Positions 59,211-64,000 of a stretch of 64,000 nt of DNA are shown here, in pieces. Below the pieces are notes generated by a model that worked only from the letters and a program-made list of their open reading frames with translations, did not search any database and was not told where the DNA came from. Origin of the DNA: the human T2T-CHM13v2.0 reference genome, Homo sapiens. Location: assembly GCF_009914755.1 (NCBI RefSeq), contig NC_060933.1; one strand, 5' to 3'. Each line of letters opens with the position of its first letter. Position 1 is the first letter of the stretch. The position numbers and the translations under genes were made by a program.

Positions 59211-61252
59211 ATACTTGGGCAGTTAATATTTGATCAATTAATTTCTTCCCTCAAGGGTAGCTCAAAAGTTGACCATGGCCTCCCTACACCGTCCCTGATT
59301 TCAATCTGAATCCACAGGAAGAGTCTCACCTTACTCTAATGACTTGCATTGAATATCAGAACACAGAAGTAGGATTTTTTCCAATTTTTAAACAATGTGC
59401 AGAGGTAGGCTTTTTCAGGGTAGCAGTTTATTATTTATTTCCATACTTTGTGTTTTATCCCATCAATCTGCTCTTTCAATTTGGCTTAGAGTTATAGAAT
59501 GTTCGAGCTGGAGAAACCACATTTTCTGAGAAACATTTTATATAAATTCTGATAACAGTTGTATGAACTTCTATTTCTTCAAGAATCATGATAAGTTTTA
59601 TCACATAGGTCCCAAGAAAAATCTAGGTACAGTAACAACTGGAGATCAGGAATATTTTTCTAAATATTTCTTGCATTGTACTTTTATAATGAGTCTTTTT
59701 TCAATTAAAGTGAAAAGCATCAAAGCATGATAGATTTTTTTACCTGAGAAAATGGTCTTTTCATTTATATTTGAATAAAAATTCAAATTTAAAACTTCAC
59801 CATAAAAGTCAGTAATGTTGACAACTTGTCAGCACCTACTTCATAGATTGATACCCACACTATAATTTAGAATGTGGAAGTTAAAATAGTATCTACACCC
59901 TGAATAATAAATAACATGCACTAAAGACTTTTCTTTTATGGAACTCTATTAGTGTCCTTCCTAAAAATAAAATGAAATGAACTTTCCTAAAGTGTTGTAA
60001 TATTAGTACTATCTAAGTCATCATCCTGGCCTTATGAAATATTGGCATTTTCTACTGGTGTAACTTTTATTAGAAGCATCTCATCATAACTAGTAGGATC
60101 ATCTCAAAGGGGTTGCAACACATTAGCAGGTAATGAAATCAACGTAGTGTTTCCTGAACGGTATCGGGTGGGTGGGGGGGAAAAAGAATACACACAGACA
60201 CACAGAGGAAGGGGTAAAAGAGAATAAGAAATATCAAGATGCATAACACACGGATAAGTAAGTATTGTTAAGTACAACTCTTGCTTCAGTTATACATATG
60301 TGTGTGCTGGGCTGCAATGTAAAAATGCATTTCTCAATGGATTGGGTCAAAATAGTTTTCAAGTCACTGACTTAAGATTTTATCCTAGGGGATGAGGAAA
60401 TTAGTCTAAGTGATTACCTCTTTCTGGTGGGATGTTTGTTTAATCTGTCATCTTAAAACACTGCTGAGTTCCTATTTTCAGTTCATTTTTGTATACTACC
60501 AAAGCTGCTACTCAAAGGCTGAGCTTCTATTTGCTTGTTCTGCATGGTGCCCACTGGTCCTTACTGTTTTTGATATAGTTATCTACTTTTTAAAGACAGT
60601 TTAGCACTCACATATTTTTGTTCAATCTTTACTTCTCACACAAACAGAAAAAGGAAATTATATATTCTGTATCAACAAAGATTTAACAAAACATCCATAC
60701 ACTACAACTGTCTACTTACTAAAATTAAGAATTAGTATATTATCTTTTTTCTTCTTATATTAAAACTATCTTTTCATACACTATTTTAAGTTTATGAACT
60801 GAAAGTCTTTTAGAGATAATTTACTTCAATGAACTATTATTATTTATATTTTATAAGCAAATTGTCACAACTTGGTATTAGCTAGCTCTACTGTTCGCTT
60901 ACAGTCTCTAAAGTTTCTGAAAGCATCCATGATTTCTGCCACAAAGAAGATACTTAGGAACGATTCTGTTTTCCTACTCTGTGACCTAAAATTGACTGGT
61001 TCTTCAATGGAAATGAGATCCATATCGGGCACTAAGGGTATACAGAAATAATTGTGGGCAAAAGTACTAAAGCTATTTTTGTTGCACTATATTTTGAGAT
61101 CTCTTTAAGGCTCTGTGTTCTTACTGATTTATTCCAATTTAATGTATTGTACTATTGCATCCTACTTTTTCTTTTTAAATATATTATTATTGACTGCTAC
61201 AGACTTTGTGTTAAACTGACAGGAAGTTTTTATAAACAATAACAGCACTCAC

Positions 61253-61366
61253 ATTTTGAAAGACTGGTTCCCATTGTTCTCTTGGTCCAATTGCATCTGA
61301 ACGCCAACAACAAGTTCATCTGAATTTATACTAAGATATTTTCCATAGCCAGGTTTCAGGGCGATT
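61253..61366 (-). pseudogene. FRG1: FRG1-like exon 5 with 1-bp deletion
   Basis: gtacag|AATCGCCCTGAAA...TTTCAAAAT|gtgagt; 114 bp. GTT GTT GG- CGT TCA needs one more base (near 61304-61305) to keep the [20 protein letters not shown] frame. Confidence 0.93.
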
Positions 61367-61511
61367 CTGTACATTAATAAGATAGATAAAAGTTAAAAAC
61401 TAAGAGAAAATTAATTATAGGACATCAAAACAGGACATGTGTATGTGTGTGGGTGTGTACATATCTAAAATTCCAGACTGGACATATTCCAAGTGTTCAA
61501 AAGATGCAAGT

Positions 61512-61808
61512 GGCTGAGTGGTGACTCACTCCTGTAATCTCTGTGCTTTGGGAAGCCAATGGGAGAAGTGCTTGAGGCAAGAAGTTCAAGATCAGCCTGG
61601 ACAACATAGTGAGACCCCATCTTTACAAAAAATTTAAAAAGTTAGCTGGGCATGGTGGTGTGCACATGTAATACCAGCTACTTGGGAGGCTGACGCAGGA
61701 GGAGTGCTTGAGCCCAGAAATTTGAGGTTATAGTGAGCTATGATCACACCACTGCCCTCCAGCCTGGGTGACAGAGTGAGACTCTGTGCCTTCAAAAAAA
61801 AAAAAAAA
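61512..61808 (+). mobile_element. AluJ in FRG1-like intron 4
   Basis: Alu dimer with A-tail, interrupting a MER33/MER3-like fragment. Confidence 0.9.
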
Positions 61809-63150
61809 GCTACATGTGACTAGTTGTTGCCATATTGGACAGTACAGTTTTAAATTTAGTTTTATATTTTGCTTTTTTAATATAAACATTGTACCTTATA
61901 TATTACATAATAAATATTTTCAAAATTCATCATGCTTCAATTATACCTCTTTAGTTATAAACTTCAATAATAAATTACTAAAACTTTATGTCATCAAACT
62001 GTTTTCCAGAAAATGCTGCTTCCATTTACATTCTTACCTCAAATTAACAGAGTATGTTTTGTATCATGGATTTTTTTTTTAAATGTTATGACTCTAAAAA
62101 AATACTTGAAAACCTGATATGAAAAAAACAGTATCCTATTAATTTGCATTTTAGTAGTTAACTAGAATAACAATTATTTTTCTTTTCCTTTCCTTTTTAG
62201 TTTTTAGATTATCTGGTAATGCCCCTTGTCCATTTTTCTATTCAGATCTGATTGTTCGCAATTTTTCTACTGGGGTCTTCAGTGCTATGAATTCTATACA
62301 AGATACATATGAAGAGTAAGAACTCACTGCCTATTAAGATTGTTGCAAATATTTTCTCATTTGTCAGTTTTATTTATAATCCTTTTTTGTTTATAATTGT
62401 AAAGCAGTTTAAAACTATTGAGTTTTTCTTCCTCTGCTTTTATTCTTTTTCACCCTACTTATCACTTTCAAAGAAAGTATAGAAATAATCATCTTAATGT
62501 GATTTTTTAAAATTATGATTTCTTTTACCTTACCAAGAATCTCCTCGGATGCCAGAATTGACTTTTACTCCCTTATACATTAATGATTATATAACAGAAA
62601 TCATTATCATGTTGATGTAACCAATTACTAAAATATGTAAATTCACTTTCAGTATCTTTTACCCAAAGAATCATTCTATACTTCTGCACAAGGTGAGAAT
62701 AAAAAAGGTTACTTTATAAAATGACTGTAAAAATAGTGAGTACAAATATTCTTTTGGTCGTTATGATGCTGTAACATTCTCTGCTGGTTTCAACAATATT
62801 CCTTTTTTTTAGTCTTCCTGTTTGTCTTTGGACTTCCAAACAGTGAGTTTAAATATCATAGCAACAGTGAACCAGGTTTTGTACTATTTGATTTATTTTT
62901 TAATCTATCTTATTTGCCGTATAAAATTATTAATCTTCATCTTTTAACTTACATATCTTTTCTCCAGCCTAGCATTATATATTGAGAGGAAATCCACTAA
63001 AAGTAGATCACAAAATCTACTTTTCAAAAAAGCTATTTTGTTTTTTATATCAAAATTACCATGGGCTTAAGACAGATACTAAAATTTTTAATGAATACAA
63101 TTAAATTTTTAAAATAACTGGTTACTAATTATATTACAATATAAGTTCAC

Positions 63151-63208
63151 CTGGAATCAGATAATTTGACAGCCATAAACTGCTCTGGAGGACTAGGGCC
63201 CTCATCAA
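63151..63208 (-). pseudogene. FRG1: FRG1-like exon 4
   Basis: caatag|TTGATGAGGGCCCTAGTCCTCCAGAGCAGTTTATGGCTGTCAAATTATCTGATTCCAG|gtgaac; 58 bp; (V)DEGPSPPEQFMAVKLSDS. Confidence 0.95.
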
Positions 63209-63987
63209 CTATTGGAGAAAAAACATTTGAAAATAAATTTGACATATGCTATAAATATAAAGACATTATTTTGCTTTAAAAAATGTGGCTATTTTCTTCT
63301 GCAATTAAATGTAAGAATATTCAGATATACTGATGTCACTGTAATACTGTATCTTTGGAATCAAGATCTATTTTACCTTCTTTTAACTATAGTGCTAATT
63401 TTATACACTGAGTAAGACAGGGTGATATAATGCTTATTTAATAACTTTCGAGATAGCTTCTCTTTGTTTTAAAATACAGTCATAAATAAGCACTTATTTA
63501 AAAAAGCTAAATGCTTTCATTTATTCAATGGATGGCCTTGCTGACGAAATGATACTGCTTTTTATCTTCTAATTACTTCGTATCTCATTAGTGCTTCCTC
63601 TAATGGGCTAAAGAAAATGTGGAAACTTCAAACTGTTAAATGCACCCAGGTTAGTTTTGGTAATAGGTCTGAATAAAAAAGAAATTCAAATATGTTTGAC
63701 TCAAATAGGTTTTCTTTTTTCTTTCCACTTACTATTTTAATTATTCATATTGTTTGGATTTCCAAAGATACTCTTCTGGAACTATACGGAATGTTTTCAA
63801 ATGCTTATATTAGAAAGAGGGACTTGCCAATGGCTGGTACATATTAAGGAATTTAAAAAAATGGAAGAGTCAAATGCAATGGTTCCATTCCTTTGGAAAA
63901 TGTTTGAGACTAGTTAGAGTTTGGCCTAAGTGAATGAATGTCCTAAAATCTACACTTGTGGCAGGATCTTCCGTTCCAGACACAAAC

Positions 63988-64000
63988 CTTCTTTGTGTGG
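63988..64000 (-). pseudogene. FRG1: FRG1-like exon 3, last 13 nt
   Basis: Reverse complement CCA CAC AAA GAA G|gtttgt = PHKE(V); phase matches the next exon; 779-bp intron. Confidence 0.85.

Larger units (their letters stand above)
61253..64000 (-). pseudogene. FRG1: FRG1 unprocessed, 3'-truncated pseudogene (FRG1HP-like): end of exon 3 plus exons 4-5; continues beyond the window
   Basis: Minus-strand exons splice to PHKE|VDEGPSPPEQFMAVKLSDS|RIALKPGYGKYLSINSDELVVG-(frameshift)[17 protein letters not shown], recognisable as the FRG1 fascin-like domain. All junctions are GT-AG. Confidence 0.93.

Noticed and set aside
61253-64000. Functional FRG1 gene
   Set aside because: Exon 5 is frameshifted and exons 6-9 are absent.

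Overview
Human/hominid genomic DNA, AT-rich and dense in Alu, L1, L2, MIR, MaLR and DNA-transposon repeats. It is not prokaryotic and has no intact protein-coding gene; the ORF track is mostly repeat-derived noise. The window joins two truncated, convergent, unprocessed pseudogenes. (1) On the + strand is a PGM5 (phosphoglucomutase-like 5/aciculin) duplicate with exons 2-6 (19095-33374). All splice sites are GT-AG, and there is a single TGA nonsense codon in the third codon of exon 2. (2) On the - strand is an FRG1 duplicate with the end of exon 3 and exons 4 and 5 (64000-61253), carrying a 1-bp frameshift in exon 5. Neither PGM5 exon 7 nor FRG1 exon 6 is present, so a segmental-duplication junction lies at about 59.2-61.2 kb. 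From recalled knowledge this matches the chromosome 9 pericentromeric PGM5P2/FRG1HP-type arrangement; the exact paralog is not verified. I found no evidence of a new biological system. The most notable observations are the duplicon junction, a possible exon 2-6 circRNA architecture, a twin-primed young L1, an inverted MaLR LTR pair around a palindrome, and several old local duplications.
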